A stretch of 64,000 nucleotides of DNA from Heterodontus francisci (taxonomy: Eukaryota). Positions 11,681-24,500 of the stretch are shown here, one piece after another; position 1 is the first letter of the stretch; each line of letters begins with the position of its first letter. The notes beneath the pieces were generated by a model. It worked only from the letters and a program-made list of their open reading frames with translations. It was not told the DNA's origin and did no database searches. The stretch lies in assembly GCF_036365525.1 (NCBI RefSeq), contig NC_090399.1, forward strand, positions 31,218,430 through 31,282,429. Reading direction: 5' to 3'. A program made the position numbers and the translations under genes.

Positions 11681-12999
11681 CAATGTTTCCAGCAAACTGA
11701 GGTTTTCAGATCTTTGCACTCTCAAGCATCTGAACTGAAGCTCCGATGAGGAAATGGTTGTGAACAACGGCGAAAATTCCGTTTGATATCAGCAAGTCAA
11801 GCCAATATGAAACAACTACATATCAAAGAGTATCCAGATATCGGGACGAGAAATCATTCTTTCTATGAGGTCAGTGCAACGAAATTGCGCCCATTAATAT
11901 TTCCCAAGGATAAAGAGACCTGGTTAATACTGGAATTCTGGAACAAGGAATAGAAAAATACATGGAATTACCCAGTGGAGCTATGAACATTTAAAGAAAA
12001 AAACAGATTAACATTTCAGGTAGGGCCATCTATTTGAAAATCAGTGAGCCTAATTTAAACTTTTGGCAGGAGTGTGAAACGGGCGATCCGTTACAAGTCT
12101 CTCGCAACTTCCAGAAAGAAACATCAGATGAGGTGAATAATGGGGGTGGGGTTCGCATTTGCCTGCTTTATACTTTTACATAAAGTTTAGCTTTTTTGTT
12201 GGTAAGTATCAGTTTTGATGAGTTTATCGCACTGAGGGGGAAATTTTCACTTTGACCGATGGTGTAAAACAGGCTGAGAGGACCCGGGCTCTCTTTTGTT
12301 ACTTTTTTCTTTTTAAAAAAAATAATTGTAGAAACTCTTACTAAATGTTTTTTTATATTTCTACCTAGCTTTTTTTCATGCTCTAATTTCTCCCACCTTT
12401 TTCAAAAATCATTCACTTCTGGTTTTTGAAATCTGTCCAATCTTCCGATCTACAACTAATCTTCGCAGAATCTTACACTTTTTCTTTCAATTTTTTATTT
12501 GATTATCTGTTTCGACTGTTAATTTTTGGATTCCTTGGCTTTTTATGTCTCAGTTTCATAATGAATCAACAATAGTTACAAAGATGTGTGTGCAAGACCA
12601 GTAAATCAAACGGCCCATATTTAATAAGTAAAAATAGCTTCAGTAAAAGACTTGATAAAGAAGCAAGATCCATCAGATGTCAATTAACGTAGGCTGTCAA
12701 GGATCTGTAGTCATATGTAGAATCTCAAATTAATTCAAAGCCGACCTCAAATACAGATATTTCTGCCCAAGAAACTAATAACATCAAAGGAACTCGGAAC
12801 TAACATGCCTCTGTAATTGCCCCATCCCTCTGCTGCATTAATGTTCCACTGTTTATATTGGATTGATATTTGCTGGATGACTTCAGGTGCTTGGGTAATT
12901 TTCTCTGGCATTTGCATGTAGTCCACGGCAAGTATGTATAGAAACATTTCCTGTACTGGGCATCTCCAGCTAAGTCCCGATTATATTCGGAAAGAACTT

Positions 13000-15475
13000 A
13001 TTTTACTATTCCATAAAACTGCTAACTCTGGTTGAGCTGACAACTGCCGTCAGTTCCTTCGACACAAGTAAAACTCTCAGAAGCGACAGCTTACAGGTCA
13101 TGTTGTATTCGGCTCTGTGGGATTGGATCGGCCCAGAACTGCTGGAAGTGTACGAGAGACTGCTTCTGGACACAAGCATGTCAGAATCCACGATGAAAGC
13201 ATCATCACCCTCATCTACAAGGAAAAGAGGGAGGAAATCAGACATTGGTGGCCCCTCTCACTGTTTAATGTGTCCAAGGTCATCGGCCGTCGGGTCAAGT
13301 GTGCTTAGAAGTTGGTGATTCACCCCGATCAGACCTGCACTGCACCCTCACACTACTCAAGCATACGCTCGCCTCTGTACGGGACATGGGGGTGGACACT
13401 TGCCTCATCAGCTTTGACCAGGAGAAGGCCTTTGACAGGATATTGCACATCTAGATGATGGACATGCTCTCCAAAATTGGGTTTGGGGGAGGGAATCCTC
13501 AATTGAACCCAACTGCTCTACACAACCATTCGTAGTGCAGTTTCACTCAATAAATGGATGGGAATTAGAAGGTTTTCCAATCAAATCTGGAGTCAGACAG
13601 GGCCGTCCCCTCTCTTCTGTCTTGTTCATTTGCTGATGTGTGCATAAGAGGGGTGACAATCCCAGGGAGCAGAGGCACTCAGGTCAACGTTTCCCTGCCC
13701 ATGAATGATATTGCTGTTTCTGCTCAGATCCATTGACAGTTCGCAGACTTTTGAGCGTCTGTGACCAGTTCGAACTGGTCTTGGGAGCCAAAATAAATTG
13801 CAGCAAGAGTAAGGCCATGTGATTTTAACATTAGGTCAGACTGCTTGAAGGTGCTAGGCAAATGGTTTGGAGAGACTGGGCCATGTGCCAAAAACTGGAA
13901 GGAGGAGCAGTCATCATAAACAGAAATTAAGCATTGGGAATGGTGCTCCCTTTTCCATTGCGGGTAAGAACCGGGTCATTAGATGTTGCTGTACGTGGTG
14001 AGGTCTGGCCCATACCCCACCCTTGCACTGTGCCAGTCACCTGAGCCATCTTCCACTTTATCTGAAGATCGAAATCCATATTGACACGATATTCGAACCT
14101 CCAGATAAAGGAGGAAAACCCGGACCCAACGTCACCCTAATGCTGATGGCCACTATTTTGTACAGCTGTGCCCCAGTATGCAAAATACTAATTTGCTGAG
14201 GTTCTTTCTGCCTTCGGTGTTGCAAAGGATGGGTTTAGCTACGTTGCCCTGGAATGCTCCATTCAGTTGGACTGTCCCATACCCCTGTCCCTGGTGGAAA
14301 CGTTTGTGCAGAAAACAACCTAGACCACTAATCCATCAGCACATAGCGTCCTCAAGGCCCTGTGGGAAAAGGAGATGGGAAATTCTGTCAGATGGTCCCC
14401 GGAGCGGACTGTCAAACTCATTTGACATAATGCCTCATTTCCAGAACATTCAAACAAGCACCAATACATAGCTTGGGTGGCAGTGAGGAGGACTCTCCCC
14501 GTCAGAGCCTTCCTGCACGCCCAGAGGCTCACTGTCTCGACACACTGCCCTCGAGGTGGCTGTGCGGGTAAGAGACCATCACCCACTTCCTTCTGGACTG
14601 TGCTTTCACAAAGCAGGTCTAGAAAGAGATGCAGTGTTTTTGTCAAGGTTCATTCTGAACAGCTCCATAATGCAGTGCTCAGTGCTCTGTAGGTTGTTTC
14701 TAGACAGACACACTGAGATAAACATCAACTGCTGCTGGAGGACGATCTATTGAGTGAAAGGTACCCTTTGGTCTGCCCAAAACTAGCTGGTTTTCCTGTG
14801 CAAAGAGCTGTCCACTGGTTCTTTACAAGGTCCAGGACTATGTGCTGAGAGACGCACTGAAGCTTGGGGTAGCCATTTCAAAGGCTCAATGGAGAAAGAT
14901 CACGGTGTAAGGTCTTCCCACAATCGTATACCAAGGGGCTAGAAACCTATAAAATCCCTCTGCTTGTCTGAACCAGGGAATGTTTAAGGTATGTAATGCA
15001 AATGTACATTGTAATCATGCCAGTAATGGCAAGGATAGCAAGGGCGGCACAGTGGCGAGCACCGCAACCTCACAGTTCCAGCTACCCGGGTTCGGTTCTG
15101 GGTCCTGCCTGTGTGGAGTTTGCAAGCTCTCCCTGTGACTGCGTGGGCTTCTGTCGAGTGCTCCGGTTTCCTCCCACAAAGACTTGCAAATTGATTTTTA
15201 AGTTGCACCTAGTGTAGATAGGTGGTAGGAGAATGGTGGGGATGTGCTAGGGCACATGAGATTAATATAGGATTAGTATAAATAGGTGTTTGTTGGTCGG
15301 CACAGACTCGGTGGGCCGAAGGGACTGTTTCAGTGCCGGATCTCTCTCTGACCTCATGTACTGTGCTGAAAGAAACTGATCTGCATTGTACTCTACTAAA
15401 TGTCCAATTTGAGTTGTTTTGTGATGTATCTTAATTTTTTATGAATAATGCATATTTTTGGGGAAAAAATAAAAC
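13000..15475 (+). mobile_element. Degenerate Tx1/L1-clade LINE
   Basis: RT remnants LYSALWDWIGPELLEVY, ITLIYK...WWPLSL, DQEKAFD, SGVRQGRPLS; 3' region with LPVRAFLHA and CPRGGC; A-rich tail near 15470. Confidence 0.8.
15041..15350 (+). mobile_element. tRNA-derived V-SINE (HE1-like) inserted in the Tx1 3' UTR
   Basis: GGGCGGCACAGTGG head, B-box-like GGTTCG, V-domain tgtgtggagtttgca...ggtttcctcccaca, CR1-like tail gggccgaaggg. Confidence 0.85.
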
Positions 15476-18400
15476 TACGAGCAGACCAAATCTTCACGCC
15501 ATGATCACGATGGTCCCATTTATATTTTAATACACGCATAAAGTCAGTGTTTGCACAATATAGTTTTTTCCCTGAAAATAATGATGGTTGGTACGTTGCA
15601 TTTTTCACGTGATGTCGCTAAGGCATTATCGAGTACATTTCCGACTTACCACCCAGGCGTAAAACTGAAATTGCGCATCAATTGCCTGCAACAGACACAA
15701 TTTACATTTCCATTGAATTGTTACTTTTCATCTAGTGCTGCACTGAAAAATTAACTTGTCCATCTTCACCACGGATGATGATTAGTCAACTCAATGTTTC
15801 GAGTGTTTCTGTTTTACTTTGAGCTTTCCAACACCTGCCAAGTGTTTGTATTTTTCTCCGTATTACATACAGCCAATTTTGCAAACAAACTGAAGTTAAT
15901 GGCACTGGCCCGCAACTTTAGGTTTTTTTTTCCAGCAGTAAAACCGCATTCAACATCGAACTAAAGCAAAATATATAAAAGCTGCAACTACGTGCAAACT
16001 TTCAAGGTTGCAATAACACTGACCCAGCTACCGATCTCCAGGACATCTGATGTCTGACGGGCACTGCAAAACTAAACTTGAGATTTTAAAATACAAACCT
16101 AGATCTTCTTTGTTCATGAAGATTACTTTACGATAATTCTATTCTTACTTTTATTTAAATAAGATATTGAACGATTCAACTGAAGTACAAGGTGAATAAT
16201 TCGCAGTTAATTCAATATTTGAGAACCGACTGCGAGAACTAAGGAATCATTTAGCGTGAATACACCTCTTGTGAATACAATCCGCTCCATCACGAGAGAT
16301 ACCAGCGAGGAAAGCCCATCCAGTCTCACTCATTCAAAAAGATGCTGGGGCTTTTATGAACCAAAACATTCAATTATCAATGATTCCAGGAGATTGGTTT
16401 CCAGTAACTCACCCAGAAGCTCATTCATCGTTAATGATCAGTCCATTTAAATTACACATGATAAATATAAATGTGCATTGTAAAATGCGTACAATGAGAA
16501 ACATTTCCCCAGACAAGTAAATTACAAGTAAGCAAAAAATATAGCTATATATACATATAGATATTTATCTCCCGGCACTGCAAGTCTCCAAGAATATTCT
16601 GTCTTTGGGTTTAACCAGTAATTCATAACTTTATGACACACTAACGTCCGTATCAAGTAACATTAGCAATACTTTTTTTTCATTTCTAACTTAATCTAAC
16701 ATGAGCCTTGGTTCTGCTTTAGATTCTCAGGATGAAAAGTGCCCCTTTGCCATTTGGGACAGTTAACCCTGTGGCCGCATAAAAGTTTGGATGAAAAAGG
16801 CCAATCATCTAAACAATTCCACTCTCTCAGTACTAGACAATCAACGGTGGTTAAATGTTGCCGTCAGGAATGCTATTGAACTTCACACTGTTACTTCAAA
16901 CATTGCACCAGTGTATTTGGACGCGAGCACCTAGCAATGAAATATACAAAGGCTTCACAGAATACATTTGCGCATGTAAATTTCTGACATTAACGTTAGT
17001 GGGAAATATGTGACTCTGCAAGTTTATGCGCAGCACAAAAAAGGACAGGAGTCTGACCCGAACCTGTTCGGTTCTGGAACGGGTTCGTTTATCATCTGAG
17101 CACTTTATACCTGCATAAAAAACATAAACAACAGAGGCTGCTTTTAAAATGAATGTGTTAACTTTGTCAGGACTTTGTCAGGACACCGTGGAGTAAGTTT
17201 CAACTTTCGCTGAGGGTGTGAAGCTTGTGCTATCGGTTCCTTCTGCACCGCTTTACTTCCTCCCTTGCACCCCACCCAGCACAAACTCCCAACCGCACAT
17301 AGTTCCTCCTTTTTTATGATACAGGTCAAATTTTTTGAATGAGAGCATATAACGGAATATGAAGTGCAAAATTTAATCTTTGCAGCACAAAACACTTAAA
17401 TGAGTAAAAATGTATTATATTACAATGAGCATATGTCATGATAAACGCAGACTAACGGCTTTGAGGAATTAGCACACTCACCCAAGAATCCATTACAATG
17501 GCTGGTGCACTAACAGAGCTAGTGGGAAGAATTTTCAACTTAACACCCGGACCAAAAACTGACCTTGCTGATTCGGTGTCCGTTATAGCAACAACCTGAT
17601 ATTCATTACTACAACAATGGGAATGAAAATCGGTCTGTTTCGCTCCTGGGGGTGCGAAGGAGGTGGGGTAGAAATTTGCCTCAGGCGGTGGCTGTAGTAG
17701 AACTGAATATCAAACACTGCTCATAAAAGCCAGTCCATCCAATACCACAGGTTTTGCACCAGCATGCGAGCCACATTCTTACCCCGAGAGAGCGGGAGAT
17801 TCGCTCTACAGAGATAAGTTTGACTGTTGGTCATAGTTAAAAATGGACGGTATGGAAATAGCCATAGATTATAAACAACGCATTACTTCCATCCCATTGA
17901 GGTCAACGAGTGTTAAAAGCAGGCGGAGTGTGTAATGGAAGGCCACTACGCCTATTTTGCACTCTCACGCAAAGCTAAAATTAATCCCCCTCTACAAGTG
18001 TTGATGGTGAAATTATTCCCTGTGTGGTTAAGTGCAAAGTAGCTGGACAAGTATTGCTGCTCTGCTTTATTTTTAGCAACCTTGATTTCAACTGTTAGCT
18101 GTTTGAATTAACATAAATACAGTTTTGGCATGATGGTGTGCTCTCACAATAAGTGAATCCTCTGATATTTGAACATTGAAGAGACAGAGACATGTGTGGC
18201 ACATACAGAATGGCTTTCACCTTCACAGCTTGAATGTAATTTCTCCTTTTCGAATTTTGCCCATTTATTTCAGCTCTTTCTCCAATTTCATTACTACAGG
18301 AAGAATGAATCCAATCTGCATCCTGTGGATATTAATTCCACTCTCTAGTAAGTAGATATCTCATTTTTTTTCCATTCGTTATAATCACCCGGATGTGTCC

Positions 18401-19302
18401 ACCTCGTATCTAGAAATACCTATTCATGTTCCAGTATTTTTATTAGAACTTAGGACTATCTGGAGACTTCCATCCTGTATTCGGATTTTCCGTCTCTCAC
18501 AGGTACTTTGGTGGGGGGTGGGGGGCTGGTGGGTCGGGGGGTGGAATTGGACATAACCTAGGATTCAAAATAAGGCGTAAGCATGAGTCTCACGTTATAC
18601 GCCCCTCCTGAAATTCAATTTTGTTGAATTTTATGGAACTCAGTATCGAGTACATCGTATAACGAGCGGTAAAAGCGATTCCACCCGGAGTGCATCATCA
18701 GTCATGTCCAATTTCATCTCCAGTATATTCAATCTGCACTCTATGCCAATTTTTGTCCTCTGATGTCCTAAACATCTCTAAACACTGGAATGCAAATCAT
18801 ATTGCTTATAGATTTGCCCCTGGCTTTGAGATCGACCGCTCGTGATAGAAACACGCCTGATCTTCAAATGCATTAAAATCAATTGAATGAAATTGGTCTT
18901 GCACGGTAGCACAAAATGGACAATAGAAAATCGTAGCCAGATTTACGTCTTGCCTGATTTTCTTCTGCAATAACTTCAGCGGGAAAGAAAAACAAGTGCC
19001 AAAACCAATTGTGCCCCAAATGGGCTGAAAATCAGGCACGTTCTCTCGCAAGCGATGGATTCACTCCACCAAGCAATGAACATGGAGCATTAACCTCTAG
19101 TAATCCATAAAACTGGACATGTGAGTTATTCATGCAGATTTTAAAAAACTTTAATGTTTACATTTTAACGATAGAAAAACAACAGCACAGATTAATTCCC
19201 GAATAAAAAGAGTGGTGAGCGAACTAGTATATTACTTGCATTGGGATAGAATTTTAGCTTTCCGCTAGGCAGAAGTCTGGCATAGCGAAGTTGCTACCGG
19301 GA

Positions 19303-19345
19303 ATGGATTTCAGGTTGGCAGTCTACAGCAGCAGTGCAATACTGA
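19303..19345 (+). CDS. Gene B possible leader exon (MDFRLAVYSSSAIL)
   Basis: Same length (43 nt) and phase as the gene A leader, with a |gtaagg donor. Only weakly hydrophobic, so the true leader may lie elsewhere. Confidence 0.2.
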
Positions 19346-19509
19346 GTAAGGCAAGATTTTTATTCCCAGCAATTCTTGCTGAGGTGGTCACATTTATTCA
19401 AAGTTTAATCGGTGTAAAATCTTGGAATGGTCAAATGTTCCCATACAGGACTCTCTCAAAGTTCCAACTTCCAACCAGAAACCAGAGACATTTTTTTTCT
19501 GATTTCCAG

Positions 19510-19851
19510 GAATTAACGCCAAGAAGTTCACAGTTATTCAAACGGTGCCCAGGATTCTGACAGAGGAAGGGCAGACAGTTTTCCTCCCCTGTACCTACAC
19601 AGCCAACCTCTCCAATGTGATAGGAGCTTATAGCTGGTACAAGGACGGCAGAAATGGCACAGAGGTTTACAACAAGACAGCAGAGTACAAAGGACGGATC
19701 TACAGACACAAAGAGGATTTCTTTCATGCCAGAGATGCGTCCATACTAATAAAGGATGTGAGAGTGAACGATTCCGGGGTGTATTACTGCAAAGTGCGAC
19801 TGATGCAACTGGGCGAGGAATATGGAGCAGGAACAAAACTCACTGTGAGAG
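19510..19851 (+). CDS. NCR3: Gene B V exon: NKp30 (NCR3) VJ-type Ig domain
   Basis: Acceptor ttttttctgatttccag|, donor AG|gtaaat, phase 1-1, 342 nt. PRILTEEGQTVFLPC...WYK...GTEVYNKTAEYKGR...DVRVNDSGVYYCKV...LGEEYGAGTKLTV aligns by eye along its whole length with human NKp30 (PEIRTLEGSSAFLPC...GKEVRNGTPEFRGR...DVRGHDASIYVCRV...LGVGTGNGTRLVV, recalled). Confidence 0.92.
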
Positions 19852-20229
19852 GTAAATGATTCTCCTGCCTGCAATATCGTGCAACTGATGGTTAGGAGAG
19901 CCGGTCCCATAGTGTTGTGCCTCTTTCTCCGACAGGCGTGGGTCTGCCCAGAACGGCTGCTATGTGGTAAATGTCGATTGAGGAGGCAACTGAATCATCA
20001 AAAATAACGAATTACTGACCAGGCGTGAATTTGACTTGGCGACAATGCAACTCAATGGCCTTTTACAACCATGCCTGAAATTCAGCTCTACTGCAACAGA
20101 ATATCGGGTGGGCCGTATAATTGGCGGCTGATGCCACATGACTTGTTTTGCATTGCTGTTGAAGAGCAATGTAACCGTCATGGTGGGTGGGGATGGGGTA
20201 AAATTACATAGCCCCTGACAATGGGCTTG

Positions 20230-21524
20230 CAATGCGCAAAAATAGACTCCAGGATGGTATGTTGCCTCCCTGGTGCTAGGGTCAAGGATGTCTCTGAGCA
20301 GCTGCAGGACATTATGAAGGGGGAGGGTGAGCAGCCAGAGGTCGTGGTCCATATTGTTGCTAACGGCATAGGCAGGAAGAGAGATGAGGTCCTGCAAACT
20401 GAATATAGGGAGATAGGGAGAAGGTTAAAAAGCAGGAGCTCTAAGGTTGTAATCTCAGGATTCCCCCTGTGCCACGTGCAAGTGAGGGCAGGAATAGGAG
20501 GATTAGGCAAATGAATGTGTGGCCGAAGAGCTGGTGTAGGTGGGAGGGCTTCAGCTACTTGGATCATTGGGATCTCTTCTGGTGCAGAGGTGACCTGTAC
20601 AAGAAGGACGGGTGGCATTTAAACTGGAGGGAGACGAATATCCTTGCGGGAAAGTTTGCTAGTACTATTCTGGAGGGTTTAAACTAGTCTTGAAAGGGGG
20701 TGGGACCCAAAGTTGTAGTCTCTCCGATGAGATAGTTGAGGCAAATGTAGAGGTTAAAGCAAGCAAGTCCAGTAGGCAAGCCGGGCAGGGGCACGACAGG
20801 GAGCGTGGAAGGTCTGGTAGGCTAAATTGCATTTACTTTAATGCACGAAGACTTACAGGTAAGGCAGATGAACTCAGAGCATGGAATGGTACATGGGATT
20901 GTGGTATTATAGCTATTACGGAAACGTGGTTGAGGGATGGGCAGGACTGGCAGCTCAATGTTTCGGGGTACCAATCCTTCAGGCATGACACATTTGGAGG
21001 TAAGAGAGGAGGGGGAGTTGCACTATTGATTAGGGAGGTCATCACGGCAGTACTTAGGCAGGATATCCCGGGGGGAATGTCCAGTGAGGCCATATGGATA
21101 GAACTAAGAAATATGAAAGGGGTGATCACTTTGATGGGATTATACTATAGGCCTCCCAATAGTCAGGGGGAAGTGGAGGAGCACATATGTAGGGAAATCA
21201 CAGATAGGTGTAGGGATTATCGGGTTGTAATAGTAGGTGATTTTAACTTCCCTAATATTGACTGGGAATTTTCTGAAGCAGTATGTGGATGGCCCTACTA
21301 GAGAAGGGGCTACACTCGACCTCCTCTTAGGAAATGAGGATGGGCAGGTGGTTGATGTGTCAGTGGGGGAGCACTTTGGGACCAGTGACCATAATTCTAT
21401 TAGCTTCAAGATATTTATGGAAAAGGATAGGACTGGTCCTCTGTTTGAAGTCATAAATTGGGGGAAGGCTAATTTAGATGGCATCAGACAGGAACTCGCA
21501 AAAGTTGAATGGGAGAGGCTGTTT
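20230..21524 (+). mobile_element. CR1 LINE fragment (ORF1 esterase end + APE endonuclease), 3'-truncated
   Basis: CCLPGARVKD...VVVHIVANG, IYFNARRL, AITETWL, GGGVALLI, GDFNFP, SDHNSI. Confidence 0.88.
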
Positions 21525-24500
21525 AGAGCAGCGAGAGCGGCGGCAGCGAGAGCGGGAACAGGCGAGAAGAGCCGGGAGATAAAAGGAGCCGAAGCCAGAG
21601 ACCAGAAGCAGCAGCAAGAGCGCTCCGTTCTGCTCTGTGGACCTGCTTGATCAGCAAAAATTGAAGTGTGACGTCACAGGAGAGCTGCTAAGTGATTGGT
21701 GGATATTTCTTTCTTGCATTTGAGCAGCGGGAGCGGTGAGAGCGCGAGCCAGGAGGCAGCCGGGAAGGTAAGTTGAGCTAGAAAGTACTTACCTCGTGAT
21801 TCGGCGGACGCAGACACGGGGACTGCTGGGTAAGTGAAGTTATATATTCGGGCAGTGACTAAACCCTAAACACTAAACGTGAAGTGTCTCGCACCCATCC
21901 TCCTCCTATAACCAAAAAAAAGGACTCTTGTGTGGAGGGTTTGGTAAGGTAAGGTTCTCCTTTATTTTTTTAATCTCTTTTGTCAATTTAGAGCGGAGGG
22001 GATCGAAGCTAGGGCAGTTGCATGCTCCTCTTGCAGCATGTGGGAGGTAAGCGTCACCACTGGTGTCCCTGCTGACTTCACCTGTGAGAAGTGCATCCAA
22101 CTCCAGCTCCTCACAGACCACGTTAGGGAACTGGAGCTGGAGCTGGATGAACTTCGGATCATTCAGGAGGCTGAGGGGGTGATAGAGAGCAGTTATAGGG
22201 AAGTAGTGACACCTAAGTTACAGGATAAAGGTAGCTGAGTGACCGTCAGGGGAGAGAAAGAGAATAGGCGCGCAGTGCAGGGATCCCCTGTGGCTGTTCC
22301 CCTCAATAATAAGTATACCATTTTGGATACGGTTGGGGATATGACCTACCAGGGGAAAGCCACAGCGGCCAGGTCTCTGGCACTGATCCTGGCTCTGTGG
22401 CTCAGAAGGGAAGGGGGGAGAATAGGAGAGCGATAGTGATAGGAGATTCAATGGTTAGAGGAACAGGCAGGAGATACTGTGGTCGCGAACGAGACTCCCG
22501 GATGGTATGTTGCCTCCCAGGTGCCAGGATGTGGGATGTCTCAGATCGAGTCTACAGGATTTTTAAGGGGGAGGGGGAGCAGCCAGAAGTCGTGGTACAC
22601 ATCGGCCCCAATGACATAGCTAGGAAAAGGGATGAGGACCTGAAAAGCGAATATAGGGTGTTAGGTTGGAAGCTGAAAGGCAGGACGAGCAGAGTAGTAA
22701 TCTCAGGGTTGATACTGGTGCCACGTGCTAGTGAGGCGAGAAACAGAGAGCGAGTGCAGCTGAACACGTGGCTACAGAGCTGGTGTAGGAAGGAGGGCTT
22801 CAGATAGGTGGATCATTGGGATACCTTCTGGGGAAGGTGGGACCTGTACAAGAAGGACGGGTTGATTCTGAACTGGAGGGGCACCAATATCCTGGGCGGG
22901 AGGTTTGCTAGAGCGCTTCGGGAGGGTTTAAACTAGTTTGGCAGGCGGATGGGAACCGGAGCTACGGATCAGTGGATGGGGTAACTGTTGAACAGGCAGA
23001 TTCAGAGTGCAGAGAGTCTGTGAGGAAGGTTAGACAGTTGACAGGGCAAAGTTGCAGCCAGTATGATGGGTTGAAGTGTGTCTATTTTAACGCAAGAAGT
23101 GTCAAAAATAAGGGTGATGAACTTAGAGCATGGATCAGTACTTGGAGCTACGATGTTGTGGCCATTACGGAGACTTGGATATCACAGGGGCAGGAATGGA
23201 TGTTGGATGTTCCGGGGTTTAGATGTTTCAAAAGGAATAGGGAGGGAGGTAAAAGAGGTGGGGGAGTGGCATTGCTAATCAGGGATAGTATCACAGCTGC
23301 AGAAAGGGAGGTCGTCGAGGAGGGTTTGTCTACTGAGTCAGTATGGGTGGACGTCAGAAACAGGAAAGGAGCAGTCACTTTATTGGGAGTTTTCTATAGA
23401 CCCCCCCATTCGCAACAGAGACATGGAGGAACAGATTGGGAGGCAGATTCTGGAAAGGTGCAGAAGTAACAGGGTTGTTGTCATGCTTGACTTCAATTTC
23501 CCTAATTTTGATTGGAACCTCCTTAGTGCAAATAGTTTGGATGGAGCAGATTTTGTCAGGTATGTCCAGGAAGAATTCCTGACTCAATATGTAGATAGGC
23601 CGACTAGACGGGAGGCTATGTTGGATTCGGTGCTTGGTTACGAACCAGGCCAGGTGGCAGATCTCTCGGTGGGAGAGCATTTCAGTAATAGCGATGACAA
23701 CTCCCTGACCCTTACTATGGTCATGGAGAGGGATAGGAGCAGACGGGTTAGGAAAATATTTAATTGGGGGAGGGGGAATTACAATGCTATTAGGCAGGAA
23801 CTGGGGAGCATAAATTGGGAACAGATGTTCTTCGGGAAATGCACGATAGAAATGTGGAGGTTGTTTAGGGAGCACTTGCTGCGACTGCTGGATAGGTTTG
23901 TCCCGATGAGGCAAGGAAGGGATGGTAGGGTGAAGGAACATTGGATGACAAGAGATTTGGAACAGCTAGTCAAGAGGAAGAAGGAAGCTTACTTAACGTT
24001 GAGGAAGCAAGGATCAGAAAGTGCTCCAGAGGGTTACAAGGTAGCCAGGAAGGAACTGAAGAATGGACTTAGGAGAGTTAGAAGGGGACATGAAAAAGTC
24101 TTGGCGGGTAGGATTAAGGAAGATCCCAAGGCGTTCTACACTTATGACAGGAACAAGAGGATGGCCAGAGTGAGGGTAGGGCCGATCAGGGATAGTGGAG
24201 GGAACTTGTGCCTGGAGACGGAGGAGGTAGGGGAGGTCCTTAAAAAATACTTTGCTTCAGTATTCACCAATGAGAAGGACCTTGTCGTTTGTGAGGACAG
24301 CGTGAAATAGGCTGATATGCTCGAACAGGTTGATGTTAAGAAGGAGGATGTGCTGGAAATTTTGAAAGAATTGAGGATAGATAAGTCCTCGGGGCCAGAC
24401 GGGATATACCCAAGGTTATTAAGGGAAGCGAGGGAAGTGATTGCCGCGCCTTTGGCGATGATCTTTGCATCCTCACTGTCCACTGGAGTAGTACCAGATG

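Noticed and set aside
12140-12206. Candidate gene B leader with strong gtaagt donor
   Set aside because: The ATG frame hits TAG before the donor, and the phase-1 frame has no ATG.
5112-19859. Rearranging Ig/TCR V segments
   Set aside because: The J-like strand is in the same exon followed directly by a splice donor; no heptamer/nonamer RSS seen; the next exon is TM, not a C domain.
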